A stretch of 64,000 bases of DNA, from NCBI GenBank assembly GCA_950097015.1, contig CATNEN010000001.1:18228001-18292000 (forward strand). Reading direction: 5' to 3'. The translations under genes were made by a program, and so were the position numbers. This document shows positions 25,688 to 37,012 of this stretch, in pieces (positions within the stretch are counted from its first letter, which is position 1; each line of letters begins with the position of its first letter). The notes beneath the pieces were generated by a model. It did not search any database. It was given only the letters and a program-made list of their open reading frames with translations, and was not told the DNA's origin. The stretch comes from Macrostomum hystrix (lineage: Eukaryota; Animalia; Platyhelminthes).

Positions 25688-26411
25688 ATGGCCCAGCAGC
25701 AGCCTGAAGGAGAGAGGTGAGTTGTTTTAACTTCTACTCGGCCCCCCAAGGCCGGTTATTAAGGATAATTGCGAGGGTTATGTCATAATCATTAGGATAA
25801 ACAGAATCCCCCTTACCCACGGCACACCTAATTATCCAAAAAGTTGAAATTGACCCTGACCCTGAAACTGTGAAAAACCCTGTCCTGGTTAGAGATCGGT
25901 TAAATTGGAAAGTATTTAGATTGCCATTTTCAACACTATTCTGTCCCCGCCTAATCTGGCTACACCCTCCTTCCATTTCCAGCGATTACCTGCCCGGATT
26001 TCTAGATCCGCCTCGGCGCCGGGCCAGCTCAGGCGGCCCCATAACTATGTCGTTTGTGATGAGTAAGTCAAACCTATTGTTATCCTACATTCCTACTTCC
26101 TCACAAATTCCATCTTTTGACCCTTCCTCCCTACTATCGCCACACCGCGATATGGCCACCATTTGATTCATTTCACAAGAAAGATTCCGGCTAACCCTTA
26201 CCCCTGATTCAAAAAAAACTCCGATGTCTAAAGATCAACCCGCCCTCCCATCTTCCGCAGATATCAACGTGCCAGAAGGGCGCGAGCAGGCCGTAGCTGC
26301 CATCGCTATGAGCTTCCTCAGGGGCCCCATTGGCCTGACGCTGTGCGTGGCCACGATCACCGCGGCCCTCGTCATGGCTGCCATGATATGGCTCCTATGA
26401 CCTTCGCTTAA
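25688..26411 (+). CDS. Predicted antisense spliced unit inside the LTR element. Exons 25688..25716, 26006..26062, 26261..26411; encodes a 78-aa Arg/His-rich ORF and an overlapping 51-aa C-terminally hydrophobic ORF (ATG 26047, stop 26400)
   Basis: ATTGG box ~25523, TATAAAA 25565, donors AG|GTGAGT and GA|GTAAGT, acceptors TTTCTAG and CTTCCGCAG, AATAAA 26550. Confidence 0.45.
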
Positions 26412-27661
26412 CTAGATGCCAACACAGTTGGACGCCTGGCGGCCAAATTCCGGTGGCACATGCTCACTGCTGACATTTTATTGCTCACTTTCTATTGCCT
26501 TTGCTTGCACTCCTGCTCAATTATCATTTCCTTTCGTGCTATCTCTGGAAATAAAGATTAGCTGACCCGCCTGGCCCTATGCCGCCATTGAATTTGTTGA
26601 AAAGACTACTCGCGATCCTTGTCCGACTTTCTTTCCTGGATGAAACACTGCTGCTCAATTTTACAACCGCCTAGTAACCGAAAAAACTAACTGATAGACT
26701 GTTAATGAGTTTTTGAAACGTCTGGAACCTTAATTCATACGATTTATTACTATTCTACCCCTCCAGGTACCTAGATTTGAATGCCCAGCTGCTAACTTCT
26801 GGCTCCCAAATAATGTTTCCTTTTTTGTCGTTTCTGGCCCTAACAAAAGAAAACTTATCATTCAAAATCTGTTGTTCATTGAAACAGCCAGATTGTCTCC
26901 CCTAGAATTCGACTACCTGACCCTACCGGCCTCTTGATTTACAACCGCCCACTCTTTAAACAAACATAAAGAAAAACTCCCGAAACATACCACCCCGCTC
27001 ACTTTAGCGGGTTGGTATTTCCCCTAATTGAAACCGGTATAGCTAAACTCCCGAAACCAAACATAGAGAACATGTGAGATAAGCAACTTTAAGAGAAGTA
27101 GGTGCGAACCCTAGTTTGTGGCAGTTAATACGAAAATATTTCATGTGAAAATTCTTACGAGGGGAATTTCACCCCACTAAGTATGTTTTTTTTGGATTTT
27201 GATTAGTTCATATGAATTTTTAAGAGGTTTTGGGGCCGAGATGGCCTTTTTTTGATTTGAACCGCCTTCCCACCCTTGAAGAATCATAGAATTTCCCAAG
27301 GCATACCACCCCGCTAACTTTAGCGGGTTGGTGTCCCTCCTAATTTAGAAGTTGTCCTAAATTGAACTCCCACAGACCCACCAGAGGCAAAAGATAAAGC
27401 AAAGGTGCCATGCATGATGTGGTGCGAATAAAAGTAGATGCTATTTGAGAAGAAGGTGCATACCCTAGTTTGCTACAATTAGATAAGCATCTCCTGTGAA
27501 AAAGGATCAGGGGAATTTCACCCCACTATGTGTATTTTTGTGGTTTTAACTAAATTTATAAGAGTTTTTGTGTGAGATTTTTGCCAAGGCGGCTTTAGAT
27601 GAAAAGGGAAAACATGCACAATAGGAAGAAAAGAACAAACGGTGCAGAGTGCGAATTATAA

Positions 27662-28399
27662 CTAAAGGGAAAGAAGGAACGGAAGGGAGGGTAGCTCGAG
27701 GAAAAGGCTCAGGCGAACAAGGGATGTCGAATCAAAAGCTGTTGACCCCTGTGCTCCCTGCGAAAGTTCCAGAAACTGAAAGTCCCCTTTCTCCGGTCCT
27801 ACTTCTCCCCTATCTCCCACTTCCTCCCCAATAGCTGTGCTCTCTGCCTCAACCCCACTTTCTTCTTCTCCCTCCATTAACCTTACCATGCGGCCGAGGG
27901 TACTATTGCCCGGCGGCGACAGCGAGGCGGCTGATCTCCCCAGCTCCCAGCTCCTCCCGGGCACAGAGCTGTGTCCTGACTCCTGAGTCGGGCCGGCTTC
28001 GCCACGTTGCAGCCACAGTCTCACCAGCTGATGTTCGAACTCAGCCCTGCCCGGAATCCAGGTTGATCGCAGCCAGGGCACTAGGGCTTCAGGCACCGAC
28101 ATGCCCCATTCTTCCGGCGGGCTGTACTCCGGCCACCGGAGGTACTGCGGCAGGGCTTCCTCGTACTCGTCCCGCGGCGGACAGGGGTCTCGCTCTTCAC
28201 CCCACGCTTGCGCCAGCCAACGCGACTCCGCTAGCCGGCAGGCGAGGGCGAGGTCCACGCCCCCTTGAGCTGCTTGTCCTAGCAGTGGCAGCAACCACAG
28301 GCGGACCATTAGCCAGGTGCGCCTGCCAGCGAGTTCTCGGCGGTAGTCAGTTGCAGCTACCTCGAGCCACCATGCTAAAGCCATCTCTCTACCTGCCAT
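27662..28399 (-). CDS. Trp-rich orphan ORF (245 aa) in the position normally held by pol
   Basis: ATG-initiated GC-rich open frame ~150 bp downstream of the protease; no motif recognised. Confidence 0.5.
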   Translation of the reverse strand: MAGREMALAWWLEVAATDYRRELAGRRTWLMVRLWLLPLLGQAAQGGVDLALACRLAESRWLAQAWGEERDPCPPRDEYEEALPQYLRWPEYSPPEEWGMSVPEALVPWLRSTWIPGRAEFEHQLVRLWLQRGEAGPTQESGHSSVPGRSWELGRSAASLSPPGNSTLGRMVRLMEGEEESGVEAESTAIGEEVGDRGEVGPEKGDFQFLELSQGAQGSTAFDSTSLVRLSLFLELPSLPFLLSL

Positions 28400-28550
28400 G
28401 CCTAAACTAGTTTCTTGGTCTTTTAGCGAGAGTAAAACTTTCCCTGCTTAATTTTCCCGGCCCTTACTTAAATAAGTCGACAACCAGAGAAGGGGTGGGG
28501 TGGGCGAGGAAAGAAAATGGTGATTAACCCTAGGTCACGGTGACCCTCAT

Positions 28551-29124
28551 TTAAAATCTAGCCTTCCGCCTGAGTGAAAAGGGGAGAAATTGGCGATAAA
28601 TGATTAATTGGCGCGAGTCAAAGTCAACGATGGCATGATGATGAGCCAACCAGGAGGCACCGAGCAGGGGAGAGCAGTCGCCCTCAACCACTAAGAACAC
28701 GGTGTCCAGCGCTTCGGTGCCAACCTGTAATTTGACCCTGACCTGCGCCTGTGCAACAATGGGTGTTCCATTATAAGCAAAAAGAGAAAATTGCGGGGGT
28801 TCGAATGGATAGTGTTGAAAGATCGATGACAACGAGTCCGGGAGCACATTCACCATAGACCCTGTGTCGATGAGGAGGTCTAGGGGTGTCCCTTCCACTT
28901 CCAAGGCGACCCACACCTCACTAAGCTGCTCAGAGCGATTTGGGCGGGTTCGCACTCGGGTGGGGACTCGGCCGAGTGCATTCACTCGCACTTCTCGGCG
29001 GTCGGAGGCAGCAGCTGCCGCCGCTCCGATTGTCGGGCTGCGGGCTGGGTCTCGGAGCCGTGGGACTGCCTCCAATTGGCGGCCCCGTTCCCATTTCCCC
29101 TTTCCGACTTGGGGTTCACCTCCT
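28551..29124 (-). CDS. Retropepsin-type aspartic protease ending in a stop codon (not fused to RT)
   Basis: LLIDTGSMVNVL catalytic motif and SPLLGASWL; frame open from 29124, +1 relative to gag. Confidence 0.85.
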
Positions 29125-30258
29125 TAGCGGCCCGTGCTCGGCACGTTTGGGGAACCACTGGTGCCCGGTTGGGTGCGGGCAAAGAGGGGGAATGAAGTTG
29201 GGCCGCGTATCCCGCAGCTGCTGAGAAACCTCAGCTAGCTGCTGGGTCACCTTGGCCAACTCTTTTGTTAGCTTAAGCAGCGGCTCCGGCTGGACCTGCT
29301 CGTCGTCGGGCTCCGCCCTAATTTGGCGCACTTGCCGGCGGGGGTCCCGCTCAACCGCCATTTCATGGGCCTGGGTGGCAGCACGCAGTTCGGCTGCGGC
29401 AGCCTCCGCCGTGGCGAACTCCATCCGCATGATGGGTGCCAAAACTTCCGGTGGGGCCACGATCCCCTCCATGAATGAGGCCAACAGGGCGCGCTCAAAG
29501 TGCACGCCCTGGCCGTTGGGGGTGGCCTGCAGGGCCGCTGTCCTTAATCTGTCGGCAAAGGCGGGGTATGTCTCATCCCGCCCTTGCTTCAGATTGCGCC
29601 CACTCAGTAATCGGGCGTAGGGGGTGCAGGCGCCACTGAGAACCTCAGTAAGGTCCTGCACAAACCTAAGGTAGGTCACCCGGCGGGGCAACCCTAACGC
29701 CTCGGTGAGGGGCTCGCCACTCAAGTGAGCGAGGAGTGTGAGGATTCTTTCTTCCTCGGGTTCTACACCCTCCGCCTCCAGCTTCAGGTTAAATCGGCGA
29801 AGCCAGAGGGGGAAGGAATCTCTTCGGGACCCGAAGGGTTCAATGGAAACTTTGACCCGGTGGTTCCGGGGTCGTCGCACCTCTAGTCGCTCTAAAAGCA
29901 GCGCTAGGCGCTCCACAGGGTCGGCTTGCTGTGCTGCAGCAGCCGCTGGGGGTTCGGCGCGCGCCGCAGCTGCGGCGCGGCCTCTGGGTGGGCGGTTGAC
30001 TCCAACCACTTCCACCACCTCACCCTCCTGGTCGGAAATTTTCGGCCAAAAGAGGAATGAGGGTTTTGCGAATGAAAAAGAGGGGGGGTCTGTCGCTAAT
30101 GCAACAATGGGGGAGGGGAGGAAAAGGAAAACACAGATCACGACTGGAGATCGTGCGGGGGGGAAAGGAAACGAGCCTGAGCTGTCAAGTCCAGCCCTGA
30201 TTAATGATGCGGCGAATTCCCTACTCCTAGAAAGCAACCCTACCGCAAAAAGGATCAA
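29116..30258 (-). CDS. Gypsy-type Gag (capsid-like); no in-frame ATG near the N-terminus
   Basis: IEPFG...FPLWLRRF...LLAHLSGEP...LKQGRDETYPAFADRLR retrotransposon-gag pattern; possible start at ATT 30039 (AAA ATT TCC GAC). Confidence 0.8.
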   Translation of the reverse strand: MILFAVGLLSRSREFAASLIRAGLDSSGSFPFPPARSPVVICVFLFLPSPIVALATDPPSFSFAKPSFLFWPKISDQEGEVVEVVGVNRPPRGRAAAAARAEPPAAAAAQQADPVERLALLLERLEVRRPRNHRVKVSIEPFGSRRDSFPLWLRRFNLKLEAEGVEPEEERILTLLAHLSGEPLTEALGLPRRVTYLRFVQDLTEVLSGACTPYARLLSGRNLKQGRDETYPAFADRLRTAALQATPNGQGVHFERALLASFMEGIVAPPEVLAPIMRMEFATAEAAAAELRAATQAHEMAVERDPRRQVRQIRAEPDDEQVQPEPLLKLTKELAKVTQQLAEVSQQLRDTRPNFIPPLCPHPTGHQWFPKRAEHGPLRR

Positions 30259-31337
30259 AGATCAATGAGAGAGAAAAGGGCCCAGGGCCCTGGCTAGCTT
30301 TGCTTCTAGCCTTGGCTACTGACAACTGTTTGCGCGCACTTAAGTTTGGGACATAGAAGTCTAGGTTTTAACTTAGCACTCGTTCTGCAACCCTATAGCG
30401 GACTGTTGCACTATAGGTACGGCGGGGTCAGTACTACTGCAAGATTGCGCCTGCAACAGCCTATCACCCTTCCTTGGAAAGTACACGACTCAAAAAGTCA
30501 CTCAAAGAAGGTTAATCCCCGACTCGTTCAGGGAGTCATCGCTTCCCGGCTGCATTGCCGGGGGCCCCCTCGCGATTAACGAGACTGGGAAGCCCAGGGG
30601 GGATATACCTGGGATCTCGCTCGGATAGGAGTCCATGGCTAAAACCTGGTTACCCCGTTTAGAAAACCCTTCAGAGAATTTCTTAGAAAGACGTGCCGAC
30701 CGAATTCTAGCCCATACTTGAAGTAGGCAGCTTCGAGAGGCGGGCACGGGGGTCGCTAGACCTCCCTCAAAGTCCCACCTCCCTAACTGTTCCCCACCAA
30801 AGTCAGACTTGGTCAAAGTTATGTGACACTCTCAAAATCAGGTACACGTAAGCAGGCCTGCATGCTGCCCAAGAGAACCAATCCCCGGTGCTCGGCGAGT
30901 CATCGATTCCCGGCTGCATTGCCGGGGGCTCCCCTCGCTCGGTTAGAAGGCCGAAAGGCGTTGCCCGGTCCCTCGTTAAGAATGGCCCCTCCCAGATCAG
31001 TCACGCGGGAAAACCCCACAGACAGTCCCTGACTCCTGCAGCAGCCACATAGCCCGAAGACACTCTAGCATGAAGTCCGCTCACACAGCCTACTCATAGT
31101 AGAAAGTCACTAATCAGAATTTTGGAAACTAACAAAAGCCTAAATTAAATTGAAAACAAATTGCGACTGTTTGAAAATTAACTGATAGCCACTAGAACTG
31201 AGATTCACCCTTTAGAGATAAGATTTCGGCATACGGATAATGAAATCTAGAAGGAGCCCTTTCGGCAAGCTACCGCAGAAATCTGCAGCGCTAAACTAAG
31301 AATTGAAATTCAAGTTCGTTTCGCGCCCTTTCTAGAT

Positions 31338-31355
31338 CCCACCCCGATGCCACCA
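31338..31355 (-). promoter_or_regulatory. Primer-binding site, probably tRNA-Leu
   Basis: TGGTGGCATCGGGGTGGG directly after the LTR terminal CA; resembles the complement of a tRNA-Leu 3' end (CCCACCGCUGCCACCA). Confidence 0.6.
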
Positions 31356-31357
31356 TT

Positions 31358-33671
31358 TGATGTGGGTGCGGGTTTTTCAATCCGATGACCTGTCCTCAAG
31401 AGAGAAAGGGAGTGTGGGAATGGCGATAGAGTTAGAAGTCGTACCGCAAAGCCTCGCGATTTGTCGCGGGAAGAGGGATGAAGGGAGAGATGAAGGGAGA
31501 GACAGTGGATGCAGGGAGTGGTCCTCTCGGCCTCAGGCTGGCCAGTCCCACTCAACCCATAGGCCACAGGCATGACTGCCGTGCCTACCCCAAGCAGTGC
31601 TCGAAATCGGCTAAATTCTAAAGAGAGATCCGACTACCCGCAAGCAGGTAGGACAGGGCTAGATAGCCTACTGTCATCAGTAGCATGTACATAACTGACT
31701 CCTAACAGTGGTAGCAGTGGTCGATTCGGCCCAGGCTCTTGTCTTAGAAATGCGGAAAGGCTATTGGCAAAGCGGAAAAGGATCTAGGGTAGCGCCAACA
31801 CCCAATGCGCCTACGTTGCCACCGCAGACATTTGGGAACTTGGGTCCCCGGAGTTCACAGCTCCTAGTTTATCACACAGATCTCAGACAAGCCGAAAAAT
31901 AGGGCATTCTGTAACTTCCGTTTTAGACTAGGGCGAAGACCCCAGAATGAATCGAGACACGCCTCAACAGGGGATTCCTGAAACTGCGCTACAGTGGTCT
32001 AGAAAGGTGGTACTCCGAACCCGAATGAGAAACCCATAGCCAGAATCCTACTCCTGGAACATCAAACACATTCCTTACATTAGATTACAGCCTACACATT
32101 AAATAACTAGCAAATCCGAATCTGCGTGAGATGAGGAGATCAGAGGCAGGAGAGGTTAAGCAGAACACTGGCTGAGTGATTATGCACGCGATGATTATTA
32201 GATCACACCCCTCGCTCCCATGGCGGCGGCAGCGAGAGGCGGGGAACAGAAGGGAAACTTAATTGACAAGGGAGGTTGACACGCACTGCTTGATCCGCCA
32301 GAAAGAGAGGAAAAGCCCGCCAAGGAATTTCCCCACCCCTAGCAGAGAAACACATGCTACGCTCCGCATATTACTCGCAAATCCCTAGCTCCATATTACT
32401 CTCATGCGCGCTCACAGTTGTCCTCCTGCCGCAGCTTTCAGCTCGGCATCACCAGAGCCCACCCCTAATGAATTAGCCGCTCATGGTTGAGGGCTGTCTA
32501 ATAGAAAAACAAAGAGAAGAGAATAGCATGATAAGGAAAGGTTTAGTTGTTATAAAATTGGCCTAATTATTAAAAACGGCAGTCAATTAATAAATGGTTT
32601 ATTAGGCTAAAATACCGCCCTTGCCCCGATTGCCCCACTAGCTAAATAATAAATCCCTTAGGGATAACAATTAGTGTCCGCTGCGCGGGTTACTTATCTG
32701 ATGCTGGCTGACTTTGCTGCAGGCCGTCGCTCTCGCAGGGATGGGCAAATAAAAAGGGGGAACGAGACGAGGAGTTGCTAAACACAGCTGGCAAGGGGCC
32801 AGGCTGCAAGGAGCTCGATGCTCAATTGGAGCTCACCCAAGGTGGCTTATGCTCACGGGATCTAACAGGTATTTACCTGTAGTTATGCTCTGGAGCCTTA
32901 GGCTCAGGGGCTAAGTGCTAGACTAGAAGGGGGAGAGTCCACGGACCGAGTTCCGGGACCGGACAGGGGGAAAAGAGGGTAAGGGGTCGGTAGGAAGGTA
33001 GGTAAAGGTGGGAAGAAGGTCCAAAGGGAGGTTGCTCTAGGGGCAGCGCAGCGCGCTTTCTTAAATAGTCCTGCAGCTCCGTCAACCCCGCATTCATCAA
33101 AGCAACCCACATGCTCGCCAGCCTGTCAGCGAGGAATCGGGTCGGCATTATGCCACCCCAATTGCCCACCGAAGCGGCGGCGAGAATCGCCAGATGCCCC
33201 ACTAGGAGCGTCTGCCGGCAGTCGGCCAATGATTGTGATCCCGCCGGGATATGGGAAGCGCAGGCGCCGACCTGCCTATAGTGTCGTTACATGTATCTAA
33301 AGGGGGAAAAGGTCATAATCGAGCTTCGGCTCGGGTTACAGTAAAGAAAAGGGGACATGAAGAATTAATGCTCACTCTAGACGCATGAGTGATCCCTACA
33401 ATCTGATCGCGGTTTGGAGGGGAATTATGACCTAAACTAGTCCATACAGTATTGCTATGGCCGCGATCAGTCACTTCTACAGGAGACTAGACAGATCCGA
33501 GGCAAGGGGAATCGGCGGCTACTTAATTCACCTCCGCCCCAAGCCTGGCCCTAAGATTAATGATTGTGTTCTGCGGCCAGCTGCTATGTGGGTCGCGATT
33601 ATTTGGCTACTAAAAATTGGAAAAATTCCGCTGGCTCACATTCCCACTCGATTCCCGCAGCACACTCCACA
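31358..33671 (-). repeat. 5' LTR, ~2.3 kb
   Basis: Boundaries set by homology with 34082-36390 and 24562-24761; TATTTAAG near 33065. Confidence 0.8.
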
Positions 33672-34067
33672 TCAGCACTATACAGTACACTCGAAGCACC
33701 AAAGGAATCACATTCAGTAGGATAGCCTATATGTTTTGAAAAACTCTGAAAAAGTATTCGAACGAAAGAATATACTAATAAATAGTAATTCTTCGTTGTA
33801 TATGGGCAATGTCAAGTGGTGAAACCGGTAGCACGTCAGCCTGACAACTGCGGGTTGTTGGTTCGACTCATTTTTTATTGAAATTAATGATTATATGTTT
33901 TGCAGAACAACAAGAACATCATATAAGCCTACTCATTTCTTAATCCGGCTGAGTAAGAAAAAAAGCGGTTTTACGCTGATTTACATAAATATCAGCACTA
34001 TACAGTACACTCGAAGCACCAAAGGAATCACATACAGTAGGATAGCCTATATGTTTTGAAAAACTCT
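33671..34067. repeat. ~77-bp direct repeat pair (33671-33747, 33991-34067) flanking a tRNA-like SINE-head fragment (~33811-33870)
   Basis: ATCAGCACTATACAGTACACTCGAAGCACC...GAAAAACTCT occurs twice; GGTTCGACTC B-box between them. Confidence 0.65.
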
Positions 34068-34081
34068 TAAATTAAGAAAAC

Positions 34082-36390
34082 TGAAGTGGGTGCGGGTTTT
34101 GCAATCCGATGACCTGTCCTCAAGAGAGAAAGGGAGTGTGGGAATGGCGATAGAGTTAGAAGTCGTACCGCAAAGCCTCGCGATTTATCGCGGGGAGAGG
34201 GATGAAGGGAGAGACAGTGGATGCAGGGAGTGGTCCTCTCGGCCTCAGGCTGGCCAGTCCCACTCAACCCATAGGCCACAGGCATGACTGCCGTGCCTAC
34301 CCCAAGCAGTGCTCGAAACCGGCTGAAAGTCTAATGAGGTGTTGGACTACCCGAAAGCAGATAGGACAGGGCTAGAGAGCCTACTGTCGTCAGTAGCATG
34401 TAAATAACTGACTCCTAACCTTGGTAGCAGTGGTCGACTCGGCCTAGGCTCTTGTCATAGAAATGCGGAAAGGCTATTGGCGAAGCGGAAAATGATCTAG
34501 GGTAGCGCCACCACCCAATGCGCCTACGTTGCCACCGCAGATATTTGGGAACTTGGGTCCCCGGAGTACACAGCTCCTAGTTTATCACACAGATCTAGAC
34601 AAGCCGAAAAATAGGGCATTCTGTAACTTCCGTTTTAGACTAGGGCGAAGACCCCAGAATGAATCGAGACACGCCTCAACAGGGGATTCCTGAAACTGCG
34701 CTACAGTGGTCTAGAAAGGTGGTACTCCGAACTCGAATGAGAAACCCATAGCCGGAATCCTACTCATGAGGCATTGGACACATGCTGTACATTAGACTGC
34801 AGCCTACACATTAAGTAACTAGCAAATCCGAGTCTGTGTGAGTTGAGGAAAACAGAGGCAGGAGAGATTAGGCTGAACACTGGCTGAGTGATTATGCAAG
34901 CGTAAGGTTAAAAGGCCATCACCCCCCACTTCCCTGGCGGTAGAAGCGAGAGGGGGAAACAGAAGGGAAACTCAATTGGCAGGGGAGCTTGACACGCACT
35001 CCCAGATCCGCCAGGAAATGGGGAAAACCCGCCAGGGAATTCCCCACCCCTGGACAGAATGAAACACGTGCTACACTCCGCATCTTACTTGCACATCCCT
35101 AGCTCCATATTACTCTCATGCGCGCTCACAATTGCCTTCCTGCCGCAGCTTTCAGCTCGGCTGTGCCAGAGCCCATTCCCCAAATAGATTAGCCACTCAT
35201 GGTAGAGGGCTGCCTAATGTGAAAATAAAGAGGAAATAACGGCATGGCGGAAAGATTTAAATTGTTATTAAATTTGGCCTAATGTTTTAATAATTGGCGA
35301 ATGAATAGTCCGTATATTAAGCCTCAAATCCTCAGCCCGTGCCCACTAATAGCCGCCTAATTAATAGAAAGCCCCTTAGGAGCAATGATCGCAAAAACCG
35401 CTGCGCGGGTTACTTATCTGGAGTCGCTTCGGCCGCGTGCTGCAATCCCGTTGATCTCGGGGAAGGGGGTGGGGTAAGACAGCAGAGACAGGGGAGGGAA
35501 GTGCTGTGAGTTGGCAGGGGCCAACACGCTTGGAGCTCAAGGCTCAATTTAAACGGCTCACCTAAAGAGGTGGCTCGCGCTCAGGGGGAAAGGGGACAGG
35601 CAATGGGCCTGCGCTAACTGTGGAGCTATGAGCTCTAGGGTCTATGCCCTAAGTGGATCTGGGGGACAAGTCCTGGGTCCGGTGGGATTCCGGCCCGGCA
35701 AAGGTAAACCGGCAGGGAGAAAGGGGAAGAGCCGGTGGGAGAAAAGAGGTCCTAGGGGGAGCAGCGCAGCGCGCTTGCTTAAATAGGCCTTGCAGCACGC
35801 CAACCCCGACATCCATCAAAACAACCCACATTCGCGCCAGCCTGTCATCGAGGAATTGAAGCGGCGATTGCCGCCCCAATTGCCCAATGAACCGGCGGCG
35901 GGAAACGACAGATGTCCTGCGCGAACAGCCGTCGGCAGTCAGCCAGCGATTGTTACTCCGCCGGGACAATGGGAAGCGCAGGCGCCGACCTGCCTACAGT
36001 GACATTTACGAGTATCTACGAGGGGGAGATCATAAAGTCGAGCTGGGCTCGAATACTGTAAAGAAGAGGGGACATGAAGAATTTAATGATCACTCATAAC
36101 GCGCGAGTGAGCCCCTATATCTGATCGCGGTTTGGAGGGGAATTATGACCTAAACTAGTTCATACAGTAACACTATGGCCGCGATCAGTCATTCCTACGG
36201 GGAGTCTAGACAACTCCGGAGAGAGAGGATTCGACAGCTACTTGATTCACCGCCGCCTCAAACCCGGCCCTAAGATTAATGATCTTGTTTGTGGCCAGCT
36301 GCTATGTGGGTCGCAATTATTAACTACTTAAAAAAATTGAAAAATTATGCTGGCTCACATTCCCACTCGATTCCCGCAGCACACTCCACA
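34082..36390 (-). mobile_element. Solo LTR of a related subfamily
   Basis: Colinear with 31358-33671; same TG...CACACTCCACA ends; ends well conserved, middle diverged; no PBS and no clear TSD. Confidence 0.8.
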
Positions 36391-36399
36391 TTAAAACTC

Positions 36400-36667
36400 T
36401 TAAAGAATTTATTTTTCTAAACATATCGGCAGCATCCGAACCCCACAGAATTGCCGCACAGAACTGCTTTATTCCACGCCAGCCGGAATTATTATTACCC
36501 GACGAAATGTCGGTACTCATCTGCAGCTGAGTAGACTGTGTGCACATCAGGGCAAAGCAGCTTGCCAAGGGCTGCACGAATAGTTCTAGACTAGGTCGGG
36601 AGTCGAACCCAGGACCAGAGTCCGAGTGATCCAGAGTCCGACACCTTACTGACTGAGCTATCCGCCC
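36400..36667 (-). mobile_element. SINE family B, 3'-truncated
   Basis: Reverse complement of ~14017-14272; B-box GGTTCGACTCC. Confidence 0.75.
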
Positions 36668-36739
36668 TCATGGGCAACCTCTCCCCCTCCTCCTTCCCCC
36701 CCGTCACCTTCCTATCCCATATCCGAGGCCCACACCAGG

Positions 36740-37012
36740 AGCGCACCCTGGGCCCATGGGCTGGGCCCATGAGCTGCGATCGGCTAGCCCAGCTCACCTC
36801 ACCATGAGGGCACCCTGGCTAGGCGCATAATAAACGCATGAGCTGGGGCCGACTAGCCCGCGGCCATAGACTGGCGATCGGCTAGCCCAGCTCATCTCAC
36901 CATGCACCTAACGGCCGTGGACTAGCCTGCCCCAGCTCACCGTAAAAAATAGACGGCTAGCCCAGGTCACCTCACCGTGCCATGAGTCCGGCTAGACGAG
37001 TGCAGCTCATGA
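36740..37012. repeat. GC-rich degenerate repeat (GGCTAGCCCAGCTCACC motif)
   Basis: Motif recurs about five times. Confidence 0.5.

Larger units (their letters stand above)
24562..33671 (-). mobile_element. Non-autonomous Gypsy-like LTR retroelement (gag + protease + orphan ORF; no RT, RNase H or integrase)
   Basis: 5' LTR 31358-33671 (TG...CA); PBS TGGTGGCATCGGGGTGGG 2 nt after it; purine-rich tract next to the 3' LTR remnant 24562-24761, which matches 33472-33671. Confidence 0.8.

Noticed and set aside
34059-36404. AAAACTCTTAAA on both sides of the solo LTR as a TSD
   Set aside because: The copies are not flush with the LTR ends and the length is atypical for LTR integrases.
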